64,000 bases of DNA. Origin: Clostridia bacterium (GTDB lineage: Bacteria; Bacillota; Clostridia; Christensenellales; CAG-917). The DNA lies in contig CAAFLX010000021.1 of NCBI GenBank assembly GCA_900763875.1, forward strand, positions 962 through 64,961, in the 5' to 3' direction. The translations under genes and the position numbers were made by a program. Below the pieces are notes generated by a model. It ran no database searches. It was not told the DNA's origin and saw nothing but the letters and a program-made list of their open reading frames with translations. This document shows, in pieces, positions 1 to 7,914 of this stretch (positions within the stretch are counted from its first letter, which is position 1; every line of letters starts with the position of its first letter).

Positions 1-1241
1 GTGACGTCGAGATTTTCAATTTGCAAAAGCGTGTTTTTCATATTGCTTTCGCTTGTTTTGTCGGTGACAAACACCAAGCAATCGCTCCCGTCCTTGGCTG
101 TTTTTTGCAAAACCGATTGTATAGATACACGGTTTTTTGCAAATGCCGCCGAGATTTTGGCAAGCGAATCTTTGCTTTTTTCAACGCGTATGCGCACGTA
201 GTATTTTGTTGCGAAGTCGGGAGCAAAATCGCCCTCGTCAACAAGTTCGCAATCCATAAAATCAAATCGTCTATGCACACTGTTGCTTGCTGCAAACACG
301 ATGTCGCTCACGATTGCGCTGCCCGTGGGAAACGCGCCTGCGCCCCTGCCGTACAACATAACGTCGTCAACGCTGTCGCCGTGGATATAAAGCGCGTTGA
401 ACGAGCCTTTGACGGTTGCAAGAGGGTGCGTTTGAGGCAAAAACGCAGGGTGTACTCTCGCCTCGATTTTGCCGTCCGTGACGTTTGAAATCGCAAGCAA
501 TTTGATTGCGTAGCCAAGCTCTTTGCCGATTGCGATGTCATCGACGGATATGCCCGATATGCCCTCGCGATAAATCTTGTCGATCGGCACTCTCTTTTTG
601 TAGGCGAGCGAGGACAAAATGCTGTTTTTGTAGGTTGAATCGAATCCCTCAACGTCCGCTGTGGGGTTTGCCTCGGCATAGCCTAGTTTTTGCGCCTCTT
701 TGAGGCAGGTTTGATAGTCCACGCCCTCGTCGCTCATCTTTGACAAGATATAGTTGGTCGTGCCGTTGACGATGCCTTTGAGCGAGGTTATGCGGTTTGC
801 CTGCATGCTGTCCGTGAGCGTGCGAATGACGGGTACGCCGCCAACGCAACTTGCCTCGAAATACAAGCCTGCTCCGCTCTTTTTTGCGGCGCGCTCAAGC
901 TCGCTCCAGCTCTTTGAAAACATCTCCTTGTTGGCGGTGACTATGCTCTTTCCTCTCTCCAATGCCTTGATGAGAAAGGTTTTTGCAGGCTCTACGCCGC
1001 CAAAAAACTCGGCAACGATTTGCACGTCGTCGTCGCTTAAAATATCGTCGATATTTTGCGTGACTATGTTAGGGTCAACCCCAAGTTCATTGCATCTGTC
1101 GAGGTTTCTTTCAAGAACGCGCTTGACTTCGATGTCAAGTCCCTCGTTTGCCTTTATCATTTCGCGCTTATCTTTCAAAATCTCGTACGTGCCGCCGCCG
1201 ACAACGCCTAAGCCCAAAAGCGCAACTCCGATTTTCTTCAT
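1..1241 (-). CDS. hom: homoserine dehydrogenase (C-terminus cut by window edge)
   Basis: Absent from the ORF track because there is no stop inside the window. The reverse-strand frame is open from the ATG at 1241-1239 to position 1. My translation reads MKKIGVALLGLGVVGGGTYEILKDKREMIK...SELERAAKKSGAGLYFEASCVGG...NGTTNYILSKM...ANPTADVEGFDS, plus an ACT-like tail YYVRIRVEKSKDSLAKISAAFAKNRVSIQSVLQ. Confidence 0.85.
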   Translation of the reverse strand, partial: MKKIGVALLGLGVVGGGTYEILKDKREMIKANEGLDIEVKRVLERNLDRCNELGVDPNIVTQNIDDILSDDDVQIVAEFFGGVEPAKTFLIKALERGKSIVTANKEMFSKSWSELERAAKKSGAGLYFEASCVGGVPVIRTLTDSMQANRITSLKGIVNGTTNYILSKMSDEGVDYQTCLKEAQKLGYAEANPTADVEGFDSTYKNSILSSLAYKKRVPIDKIYREGISGISVDDIAIGKELGYAIKLLAISNVTDGKIEARVHPAFLPQTHPLATVKGSFNALYIHGDSVDDVMLYGRGAGAFPTGSAIVSDIVFAASNSVHRRFDFMDCELVDEGDFAPDFATKYYVRIRVEKSKDSLAKISAAFAKNRVSIQSVLQKTAKDGSDCLVFVTDKTSESNMKNTLLQIENLDV

Positions 1242-1336
1242 ATTTTTACCTTACGCCTCGCAACACCCATCGTTTGAGCTTTGCGAATGCAATTTTTTGT
1301 GTGTTTTTCTGCCGCAATAAAAGTGCGGCTTCTAGA

Positions 1337-2110
1337 TTATTTTGTGTTCCTGTCGTAGATGTATTTCAAACCTTTGAGCGCAAGCGCGCGGTCGGTGACA
1401 TCGATAAGATTTGGCTCGACGTTCTCAACAAGCTCGCTGAGTCCGCCCGTCGCAACGACTTTTGCGCCCCTCATCTCGTCAAGTTCTTTGTACTTGTCAA
1501 CAAGGTATTTCACAAGCCCCGTATAGCCGTAAACGATGCCGCTTTGCATACAACTTTTTGTGTCCTTGCCGACGATATTTTGGGGCTTTTCAAGCTCGAT
1601 TCTCGGAAGTTTTGCCGCAGTCGTGACAAGAGATTCGGTTGCCGTCTTGATGCCGGGCGCAATCGCTCCGCCAAGGTACACGCCGTCTTTTGTGACAAGA
1701 TTGAACGTCGTTGCCGAGCCGAAATCCACCACGATGACAGGCCCGCCGTAAAATTTGTATGCCGCCGCCGCACCGACGATTCTGTCCGTGCCGAGTTGCG
1801 TTGGGTGCGTGTAGGCAATCTTCAAGCCCGTGTCGGTTGACGCCGACACCAAAAGCGGCTCTTTGCCGATGTAGTCGCGGCACATATGGTCAATCGTATA
1901 GTTGAGCGCAGGCGCAACCGAGGACATAACGCACGCGTCTATGTCGCCAAAACGCACGCCGCTTTGGTTGAGCAAATCGTACAGAACCATTCCGTACTCG
2001 TCCGCAGTGCGCGACGCCATCGTGGAAACCCTCCACGACGCAATCAAATCGTCGCCGTCAAAAACGCCGTATTTGACGTTGGTGTTGCCGATGTCCATTG
2101 TAAGAATCAT
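1337..2110 (-). CDS. coaX: type III pantothenate kinase
   Basis: 257 aa. MILTMDIGNTNVKYG, VVDFGSATTF and VVATGG are ASKHA-fold CoaX motifs. An AGGAG RBS lies upstream. Confidence 0.9.
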   Translation of the reverse strand: MILTMDIGNTNVKYGVFDGDDLIASWRVSTMASRTADEYGMVLYDLLNQSGVRFGDIDACVMSSVAPALNYTIDHMCRDYIGKEPLLVSASTDTGLKIAYTHPTQLGTDRIVGAAAAYKFYGGPVIVVDFGSATTFNLVTKDGVYLGGAIAPGIKTATESLVTTAAKLPRIELEKPQNIVGKDTKSCMQSGIVYGYTGLVKYLVDKYKELDEMRGAKVVATGGLSELVENVEPNLIDVTDRALALKGLKYIYDRNTK

Positions 2111-2156
2111 ACGCCACTCCTCTCGCGCCCGTGCGCGAAAAATACTTTACCGACAC

Positions 2157-2185
2157 ATTATAGCAAATCCCCCGCGGATTATCAA
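2157..2185 (-). promoter_or_regulatory. sigma-A-type promoter of coaX
   Basis: Minus strand: TTGATA-17 nt-(TGc)TATAAT. Confidence 0.5.
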
Positions 2186-2186
2186 C

Positions 2187-2218
2187 AAGAAAAATCGACA
2201 GCCGCAATGACCGTCGAT
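2187..2218 (-). terminator. rho-independent terminator of the two-component operon
   Basis: Minus strand: ATCGACGG-tcattgcgg-CTGTCGAT (one G-U pair) followed by TTTTTCTTG. Confidence 0.7.
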
Positions 2219-2246
2219 TGGATTTGTTTTTGCAATATATTACCTG

Positions 2247-3422
2247 TCATTTTGCAGAGGGTTTGAGGTGGGGCAAGACAACCTCGAACACCGCGCCGTT
2301 GTGGTTGTAGGCTTTCACGTCGCCGCCGTGGAGCTTGACTATCTCTTTGGTGAGCGCAAGTCCTATGCCCGTATTGCCGTTTTTGCCGGTGTAGAATCTG
2401 TCGAAAATGTGCATAACGTCCTCTTTGGCTATGCCCTCGCCGTCATCGGATATTGTCAAAACGACCTTGTGATTTTCAACGGCGCATTTGCATAGCACCA
2501 CGCTTTTGCAAAACTTGAACGCATTTGCTATGAGGTTGGATATTGCTTTTCGCATTTGCTTTTCGTCACAAGACACCATAGCCTCGTCGCAAAGCTCGGT
2601 TGCAAGCTGCTTTTGGCTGTTTTCAAAGGTGGGAGCAAGCGAGCATACGACGCTACGCACGATATCGACAAGGTTTGTCGGCTTGAAGTCGGACTTTGTT
2701 TGCGCCGAATCTATCTTTGAAAGTGCAAGCAACTCCTCGATGAGCGTTGTCATACGGTCACTCTCCTCAAGGATAATCCCCGCCGATTCCTTGGTTGGCA
2801 ACACACCGGTTTGTATGCCCTCGGCATAGCCCTGAATCGCCATAAGCGGCGTTTTTAGCTCGTGCGAGGCGTTTTGAAAAAACGACTGTCTTATCTCTTG
2901 GGCGGACTCGATTGTTTTGCCAAGTTTCAATCCTATTGCGCACACCACCGCGCCAACTACGATTATCGCGCCGCCAAACATAAGATTGAGCCATTTGACG
3001 TAGCTTACAATCGCACTGATGTCAACGTAGAGTGCATAAACAAATTTCTCCGACAAGTCGGCGTCCGAGGCGAACGTTGCCAAAATGATATCTCTGTTTT
3101 TGCCTTTCAAGCGATAAAACTCGCCTCGCTTGATTTGCTTGCCCGAACAAAACGCCAGCACCGCTCTTTCGGTTTCGGTCAGATAATAAAAATCGTCGCT
3201 CGTGTTGTTGATTTCCAAATATCCGACGCTCGCGCTCAAAAAGTTAATCCCTCCCGAATCGTCGGAAGGGTCGTATTCGCCGTACTCGTGCTGTATTGCA
3301 ATCTCCGCTTGCCTCTCAAGGTCTTTGGGAATTGCGACGTTGACAACAAGCAAAAGCGCGCAAAGTATGAGCGCAACCGAGCAAAGACACGCAAGCAAAA
3401 TTTTGAACTTAATTTTCGTCAT
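2247..3422 (-). CDS. sensor histidine kinase (HisKA + HATPase_c, two-TM extracytoplasmic sensor)
   Basis: 391 aa. H-box FFQNASHELKTPLMAIQGYAEG, N-box NLIANAFKF and G-box DDGEGI..GIGLAL. The ATG overlaps the response regulator stop by 14 nt. Confidence 0.9.
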   Translation of the reverse strand: MTKIKFKILLACLCSVALILCALLLVVNVAIPKDLERQAEIAIQHEYGEYDPSDDSGGINFLSASVGYLEINNTSDDFYYLTETERAVLAFCSGKQIKRGEFYRLKGKNRDIILATFASDADLSEKFVYALYVDISAIVSYVKWLNLMFGGAIIVVGAVVCAIGLKLGKTIESAQEIRQSFFQNASHELKTPLMAIQGYAEGIQTGVLPTKESAGIILEESDRMTTLIEELLALSKIDSAQTKSDFKPTNLVDIVRSVVCSLAPTFENSQKQLATELCDEAMVSCDEKQMRKAISNLIANAFKFCKSVVLCKCAVENHKVVLTISDDGEGIAKEDVMHIFDRFYTGKNGNTGIGLALTKEIVKLHGGDVKAYNHNGAVFEVVLPHLKPSAK

Positions 3423-4119
3423 TAGATTTCTCCGTCGCGCTTAGTTTGTAGCCGTAGCCCCAAACGGTTTCGATTGTCATGGCGCTGTTTGCGGCGGACA
3501 ATTTTTTTCTGATTCGTCTTATGGTTTCATCTATGGCGCGTGTTTCGGTGTCCTCGCTAAATCCCCAAATCTCGTCCAAAAGGCTGTCGCGAGAGTGAGT
3601 TTTTTGCGGTTCGTTCATCATAAACGCCAAGACGCTCATTTCGGTTTTTGTCAACGGAACGGCGGTTTTATCTGCCAAAACAGAGTGTTCATCTTCCGAA
3701 TACGTCAAATCGGCATATTTCAGCACTTTGCCTTTATCCTTTTTCGCTCCGCTCATTTCCGCCCTTCTCAAAAGAGCTTTCACACGCATCAATAGCATTG
3801 TCGGACGGAAGGGTTTTGTCAAATAATCGTCGCCGCCCAAGGTGATGCCGTTGACATAATCAAGCTCGCCGTCCTTGGCTGTGAGCAAAATTATAGGCAC
3901 GCACGAATAGCGTCTTAACTCCTTGACGCACTCGATTCCGTCCCTTCCCGGCATCATAATGTCCAAAATGACAAGGTCGGACGGTTCTTTTTCAAACGCG
4001 CAAAGGAGCAAGTCACCCGTTTCAAACGCACTCACTTCGTAGCCGTCGCTTTGCAAAAAGTTTTTCAAAAGCTCTCGTATGTTTTTTTCGTCGTCGGCAA
4101 TGTAAATTTTGTATGCCAT
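3409..4119 (-). CDS. OmpR-family response regulator
   Basis: Receiver domain (IYIADDE...ILDIMMPG...LTAK) plus a winged-helix C-terminus (ETVWGYGYKL). I prefer the ATG at 4119, which has a GAGAGGG RBS at 4123-4129. The ORF track starts at 4131. Confidence 0.9.
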   Translation of the reverse strand: MAYKIYIADDEKNIRELLKNFLQSDGYEVSAFETGDLLLCAFEKEPSDLVILDIMMPGRDGIECVKELRRYSCVPIILLTAKDGELDYVNGITLGGDDYLTKPFRPTMLLMRVKALLRRAEMSGAKKDKGKVLKYADLTYSEDEHSVLADKTAVPLTKTEMSVLAFMMNEPQKTHSRDSLLDEIWGFSEDTETRAIDETIRRIRKKLSAANSAMTIETVWGYGYKLSATEKSNDEN

Positions 4120-4160
4120 AAGCCCTCTCACGGCAATCGGCGCTGCGATGTCGCAACGCC

Positions 4161-4287
4161 TTTTGTCGGTTTTCGGTTTTGTGGTTTTTTTTGGTTTTTG
4201 TAGTATTGTGGTTTTTTTGTAGTATTTGTTTGTGGTATTTTTTAGGGTTTTGTGATTTGTTTTTGTTGTTTCATTTCCGATTGCATA
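4161..4287 (-). repeat. G-depleted A/C-rich imperfect tandem-repeat spacer
   Basis: Minus strand: ...AACAAAAACAAATCACAAAACCCTAAAAAATACCACAAACAAATACTACAAAAAAACCACAATACTACAAAAACCAAAAAAAACCACAAAACCGAAAACCGACAAAAGG. There are almost no G residues over about 110 nt. Confidence 0.8.
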
Positions 4288-5130
4288 TTATCTGCCGCAA
4301 TTTGCACCGCAAAGCGCAGTGAGTTTGTTTGCAATCTCGTCAAGTTTTGCAATGTCTTTGAGCAAAACGTCTTTCTCGTCCGCCGTCAGAACGTCAAGGG
4401 ACGAAATGTAGGTTGCCTCGTCAAAGTTTGCATAATCAAAGTTTTCGTCAAGATTGTCGTATGACGCATACACCTTGTCCCAAAGGTCGGCGCGAGCGTT
4501 CACAACGTCGTCAAACTCTTTTCTGAGGGCTTGGACTTGACCGTTTGCAAGCTCTGCCTCGTCGCACAATTTGCCAAAGTCGTCGCCGAAAAAGTTTTCG
4601 TCGTTCTCGATGAAGAGCAAGTCGCCGCCGCAAGAGTTGTCCGTATCGCATTTGCCATCGGCGCAAGAGTCGTCTGAATCGCACTTGCCGTCGGTGCAAT
4701 CGCCGTAGAGCATATCTTCATTGACGTCAAACAATTCGCCATAGAGTTTGTCGAGTTTTGCGTCAAGCTCGTCAAGCACGTCAACGTTTTTCAAAAGCGT
4801 TGCCTTTTCATCGTCGGTCAAGGTGGTCAAGCCGCCGATGTACGCCTTTTCGTCAAAGTTGTCGGGAAGTTCGTCGAGCTTTTGAAGTTCGGCAAAATAC
4901 TTTTCCCAAAGCTCTGCGTTGTCGTCAAAAGCCTTTTGATACTCCGCTTCCAAACTCTCGATTTGCGACATCGTTTGGCTGACTTGAGTTGTGGTTTCGC
5001 TCTTGTCGTTGGTGGCGTTTGCAATACGCTTGGGCAAGAACACTGCCAAGAGCGTGATTGCGGCGATTGCCAACGCTGTTAAGACAGCCACTGCCGTTAT
5101 CTTGATTTTCAAAGATTTGTCGGTTTTCAT
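4288..5130 (-). CDS. membrane-anchored acidic protein with internal duplication and Cys-rich DGKCD.D.SC repeats (hypothetical)
   Basis: 280 aa with a strong RBS (GAAAGGAG). It has an N-terminal TM helix (res 10-32). Two roughly 60-aa repeats are present (res 72-133 and 215-273; LW.K....L.....FD......Y......LT.DEK..LLK....LDE...KL). The Cys cluster spans res 145-167. Confidence 0.7.
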   Translation of the reverse strand: MKTDKSLKIKITAVAVLTALAIAAITLLAVFLPKRIANATNDKSETTTQVSQTMSQIESLEAEYQKAFDDNAELWEKYFAELQKLDELPDNFDEKAYIGGLTTLTDDEKATLLKNVDVLDELDAKLDKLYGELFDVNEDMLYGDCTDGKCDSDDSCADGKCDTDNSCGGDLLFIENDENFFGDDFGKLCDEAELANGQVQALRKEFDDVVNARADLWDKVYASYDNLDENFDYANFDEATYISSLDVLTADEKDVLLKDIAKLDEIANKLTALCGANCGR

Positions 5131-5219
5131 AGTTCACTCCTTTCGTTTATTGCAAGCCTTAGCTTACGATTGAAGTTTAACAAACCGAGCAAACAAAATC
5201 CCCGAAAAACTGCTAGACG

Positions 5220-5242
5220 TTTGCAACAAATTTGCAACAAAA
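5220..5242. repeat. tandem 11-nt direct repeat TTTGCAACAAA x2
   Basis: tTTGCAACAAAtTTGCAACAAAa lies about 90-110 nt upstream of the ATG at 5130. Related CCGCAAATTTTGCAAAAAC follows at 5252-5270. Confidence 0.8.
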
Positions 5243-5359
5243 TAATATTTTCCGCAAATTTTGCAAAAACAAAAACGCATATACGCGCACGCTGCGCGCT
5301 ATTATGTTTTTATCATACTAAACAATTTGTATCGTGTCAATAAATGATATTTGGCGTTG

Positions 5360-5830
5360 TCAGTTGTTCATAAAGATGCAAAGCACGCACAAAAAACCGT
5401 AGACGTTGAAAAGAAAAGTCGGCAAAAATTCGAGTGCGATTTTCACTTCTTTGGTGAGAAAGCGTATGAAAAGCATATAGGACGTGGCAAGAACCACCCC
5501 CATTGACAACAGCGCGAAAAGAAGATTTTTCAGGGTGAAAAACGCAAATACGAAAAGTATGCAAAATACGCCCAAAATCACAAAATACATCATTGACGGA
5601 AAAATATGTTTGAACTCTACAAGCCGAGATATTGCCAAAATCGATGATAGATAACTTGCGCCGACAAACACCGAGAACCAACCGCCGCTCAACACAAACG
5701 AGGGTTTATTGAGCGCAATCCACCACTTTAAGTCTATGTTGAAACAAACCGAGCATAGCCCCGACACCACCAGCGTGAGTAACAACCCCGCAACCAAACC
5801 TATCATTCGCTTTAATTGGCTCACAACCAA
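5360..5830 (-). CDS. TspO/MBR-like five-TM membrane protein (divergent)
   Basis: 156 aa, hydrophobic. KWWIALNKPSFVLSGGWFSVF resembles the TspO WY..L.KPsW.PP..F..vW motif. The start is uncertain: TTG at 5830 or ATG at 5806. Confidence 0.55.
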   Translation of the reverse strand: MVVSQLKRMIGLVAGLLLTLVVSGLCSVCFNIDLKWWIALNKPSFVLSGGWFSVFVGASYLSSILAISRLVEFKHIFPSMMYFVILGVFCILFVFAFFTLKNLLFALLSMGVVLATSYMLFIRFLTKEVKIALEFLPTFLFNVYGFLCVLCIFMNN

Positions 5831-5931
5831 TTATATTTTATTCGCCTCGTTTCAATGCCTCTGTAACACAAATTTCCTAGGTTGCGTAAGGTAATGTAGG
5901 AGCAATCCAAAATTTTCAAGGAGGTACATAT

Positions 5932-6126
5932 ATGAACGGATTTTTCACAAACGGCGCAAACGGATGCGGCTGCAACACTTGCGACCTCGTTCTGCTTTTG
6001 ATGCTCTTGTCGGGCTGCGGCTGCGGCGGCAATATGGGCGGAATGGGCAGTTGCGATCTGGTGTGGCTCATTCTCATCCTCTCCTGCGTATGCGGCGGAT
6101 CGGGCGGCATTGGATGCTGCAAATAA
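5932..6126 (+). CDS. Cys/Gly-rich hydrophobic micropeptide (64 aa, two internal repeats)
   Basis: AAGGAGG RBS at 5918-5924, 7 nt before the ATG, and a hairpin after the stop. It has 10 Cys, 16 Gly and two Leu/Ile-rich TM-like cores. Confidence 0.6.
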   Translation: MNGFFTNGANGCGCNTCDLVLLLMLLSGCGCGGNMGGMGSCDLVWLILILSCVCGGSGGIGCCK

Positions 6127-6133
6127 AACGTTT

Positions 6134-6162
6134 GAGGGCATAAAAAGCCCTTTGCGTTTTTC
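6134..6162 (+). terminator. weak rho-independent terminator after the micropeptide
   Basis: GAGGGC-ataaaaa-GCCCTT stem-loop followed by tgcgTTTTTcTc. Confidence 0.45.
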
Positions 6163-6394
6163 TCAAACACGTCATCTCGAGTAGGTGGCGCGTTTGTCTT
6201 TTTGCAAGCGGCAAAGCGCAAGTCGCTTGCTCCGACGTTTTGCGCCGCCGTTTGGAATGGTTGAGCGCGGTGAAATAATGACGCAAAATCAACTAATTCT
6301 GCCGTCCGTTTGACTTTTTCTTGCCTATATCTTATTATTTAGTCACAATATTTATCGGCTCATCATCCGGATGAGTGCGAAAGGAGTTATTTTT

Positions 6395-7780
6395 ATGGCA
6401 CAACTAACTATGGACAAACTTGTTGCCCTTGCAAAAAACCGCGGATTCGTGTATCCCGGCAGTGAAATCTACGGCGGACTTTCCAACTCTTGGGACTACG
6501 GCCCTCTCGGCGTTCAACTCAAGAACAACATCAAGCAGGCTTGGTGGAAAAAATTTGTTGTCGAAAACCCCTACAACGTCGGTCTTGACAGCGCAATCAT
6601 TATGAACCCGACCACCTGGCAAGCAAGCGGTCATATCGGAGGCTTTTCCGACCCCTTGATGGATTGCAAATCCTGCAAATCCCGTCACCGCGCCGACGAC
6701 CTCATCGAGGACTACAACCAAAAACATAATCTCGACGTCAACATCTCCGGCTGGACGAACGAGCAAATGGAACAATACATCATCGAACACAAAATCCCCT
6801 GCCCCGTTTGCGGCAACAGCAACTTCACGGGCGTGAGAAAATTCAACCTTATGTTCAAGACGTTCATCGGCGTCACGGAAGATTCCACTTCCACCGTATA
6901 TCTCCGCCCCGAAACGGCGCAAGGCATTTTTGTCAACTTCAAGAACGTGCAACGCACAACGCGCAAAAAAGTGCCTTTCGGCATCGGTCAAATCGGCAAG
7001 AGTTTCCGCAACGAAATCACCCCCGGCAACTTCATTTTCCGTATTCGCGAGTTCGAGCAAATGGAGCTTGAATTCTTCTGCAAGCCCGGCACTGACCTTG
7101 AATGGTTTGCATATTGGAAAAACTATTGCCATCAATGGTTGCTCGATCTCGGTATGAAAGACGAAAACCTCAAACTCCGCGACCACGACAAAGAAGAGCT
7201 TTGTTTCTATTCAAAAGCAACCACCGACTTCGAATACAAATTCCCCTTCGGTTGGGGCGAGCTTTGGGGCGTTGCAGACCGCACCGACTACGACCTCAAT
7301 CAACATATGAAGACATCGGGCAAAGACCTTTCCTACATCGACCCCGTCACCAACGAAAAGTATGTGCCCTACGTTGTCGAGCCGTCCCTCGGCGCAGACC
7401 GCGTGTTCCTCGCATTCCTTTGCGACGCATACGACGAGGAGCAAGTCGGTGAAAACGACACCCGTGTCGTGCTCCACTTGCACCACGCTCTCGCACCCGT
7501 CAAAGTGGCCGTTCTCCCCTTGCAAAAGCAACTCAACGACAAGGCGGAAGAATTGTTTGTCGAGCTGTCCAAACACTTTGCTTGCGACTTCGACACTTCG
7601 GCTTCGATCGGCAAGAGATATCGCCGTCAAGACGAAATCGGCACTCCCTACTGCGTCACCGTTGACTTCGACACCCTCGAAGACGGCTGTGTGACCGTCC
7701 GTGAGCGCGACACAATGGCGCAAGTGCGTCTGCCCATCGACAGCCTTGTTGCCTACTTCACCGAGCAATTCCAATACTGA
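6395..7780 (+). CDS. glyQS: glycine--tRNA ligase (alpha2 type)
   Basis: [39 protein letters not shown] is a typical GlyQS N-terminus. The ATG at 6395 is preceded by AAAGGAG. The ORF track start at 6371 includes that RBS. Confidence 0.95.
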   Translation: MAQLTMDKLVALAKNRGFVYPGSEIYGGLSNSWDYGPLGVQLKNNIKQAWWKKFVVENPYNVGLDSAIIMNPTTWQASGHIGGFSDPLMDCKSCKSRHRADDLIEDYNQKHNLDVNISGWTNEQMEQYIIEHKIPCPVCGNSNFTGVRKFNLMFKTFIGVTEDSTSTVYLRPETAQGIFVNFKNVQRTTRKKVPFGIGQIGKSFRNEITPGNFIFRIREFEQMELEFFCKPGTDLEWFAYWKNYCHQWLLDLGMKDENLKLRDHDKEELCFYSKATTDFEYKFPFGWGELWGVADRTDYDLNQHMKTSGKDLSYIDPVTNEKYVPYVVEPSLGADRVFLAFLCDAYDEEQVGENDTRVVLHLHHALAPVKVAVLPLQKQLNDKAEELFVELSKHFACDFDTSASIGKRYRRQDEIGTPYCVTVDFDTLEDGCVTVRERDTMAQVRLPIDSLVAYFTEQFQY

Positions 7781-7809
7781 TTTTCTCGGCACGCTTCAAT
7801 GCACACATC

Positions 7810-7839
7810 AAAAAAGCACCGCTTTCCACGGTGCTTTTT
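7810..7839. terminator. bidirectional rho-independent terminator (glyQS / convergent kinase gene)
   Basis: AAAAAA-GCACCG-ctttcca-CGGTGC-TTTTT. Confidence 0.85.
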
Positions 7840-7847
7840 GTGTGCTT

Positions 7848-7870
7848 GTTTCAATCGTTTGTTTCAATCG
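7848..7870. repeat. tandem GTTTCAATCG x2 (13-nt period)
   Basis: gtttcaatcg occurs at 7848-7857 and 7861-7870. The second copy can pair with gaaatcgaaac downstream. Confidence 0.8.
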
Positions 7871-7914
7871 CCTTGAAATCGAAACGCTCGAAATTCGGTT
7901 GCCCAAATTGCTTT

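Noticed and set aside
5932-6126. RiPP / bacteriocin precursor interpretation of the Cys/Gly-rich micropeptide.
   Set aside because: There is no adjacent modification enzyme, protease, immunity gene or dedicated exporter, and no leader/core architecture. The two hydrophobic cores look like membrane segments. It is kept as a micropeptide of unknown function.
6166-6394. T-box riboswitch upstream of glyQS.
   Set aside because: A T-box is expected from Firmicutes biology. However, the conserved T-box sequence, the Stem I distal motifs and a terminator/antiterminator pair could not be found by eye. It is reported as an open question rather than a feature.
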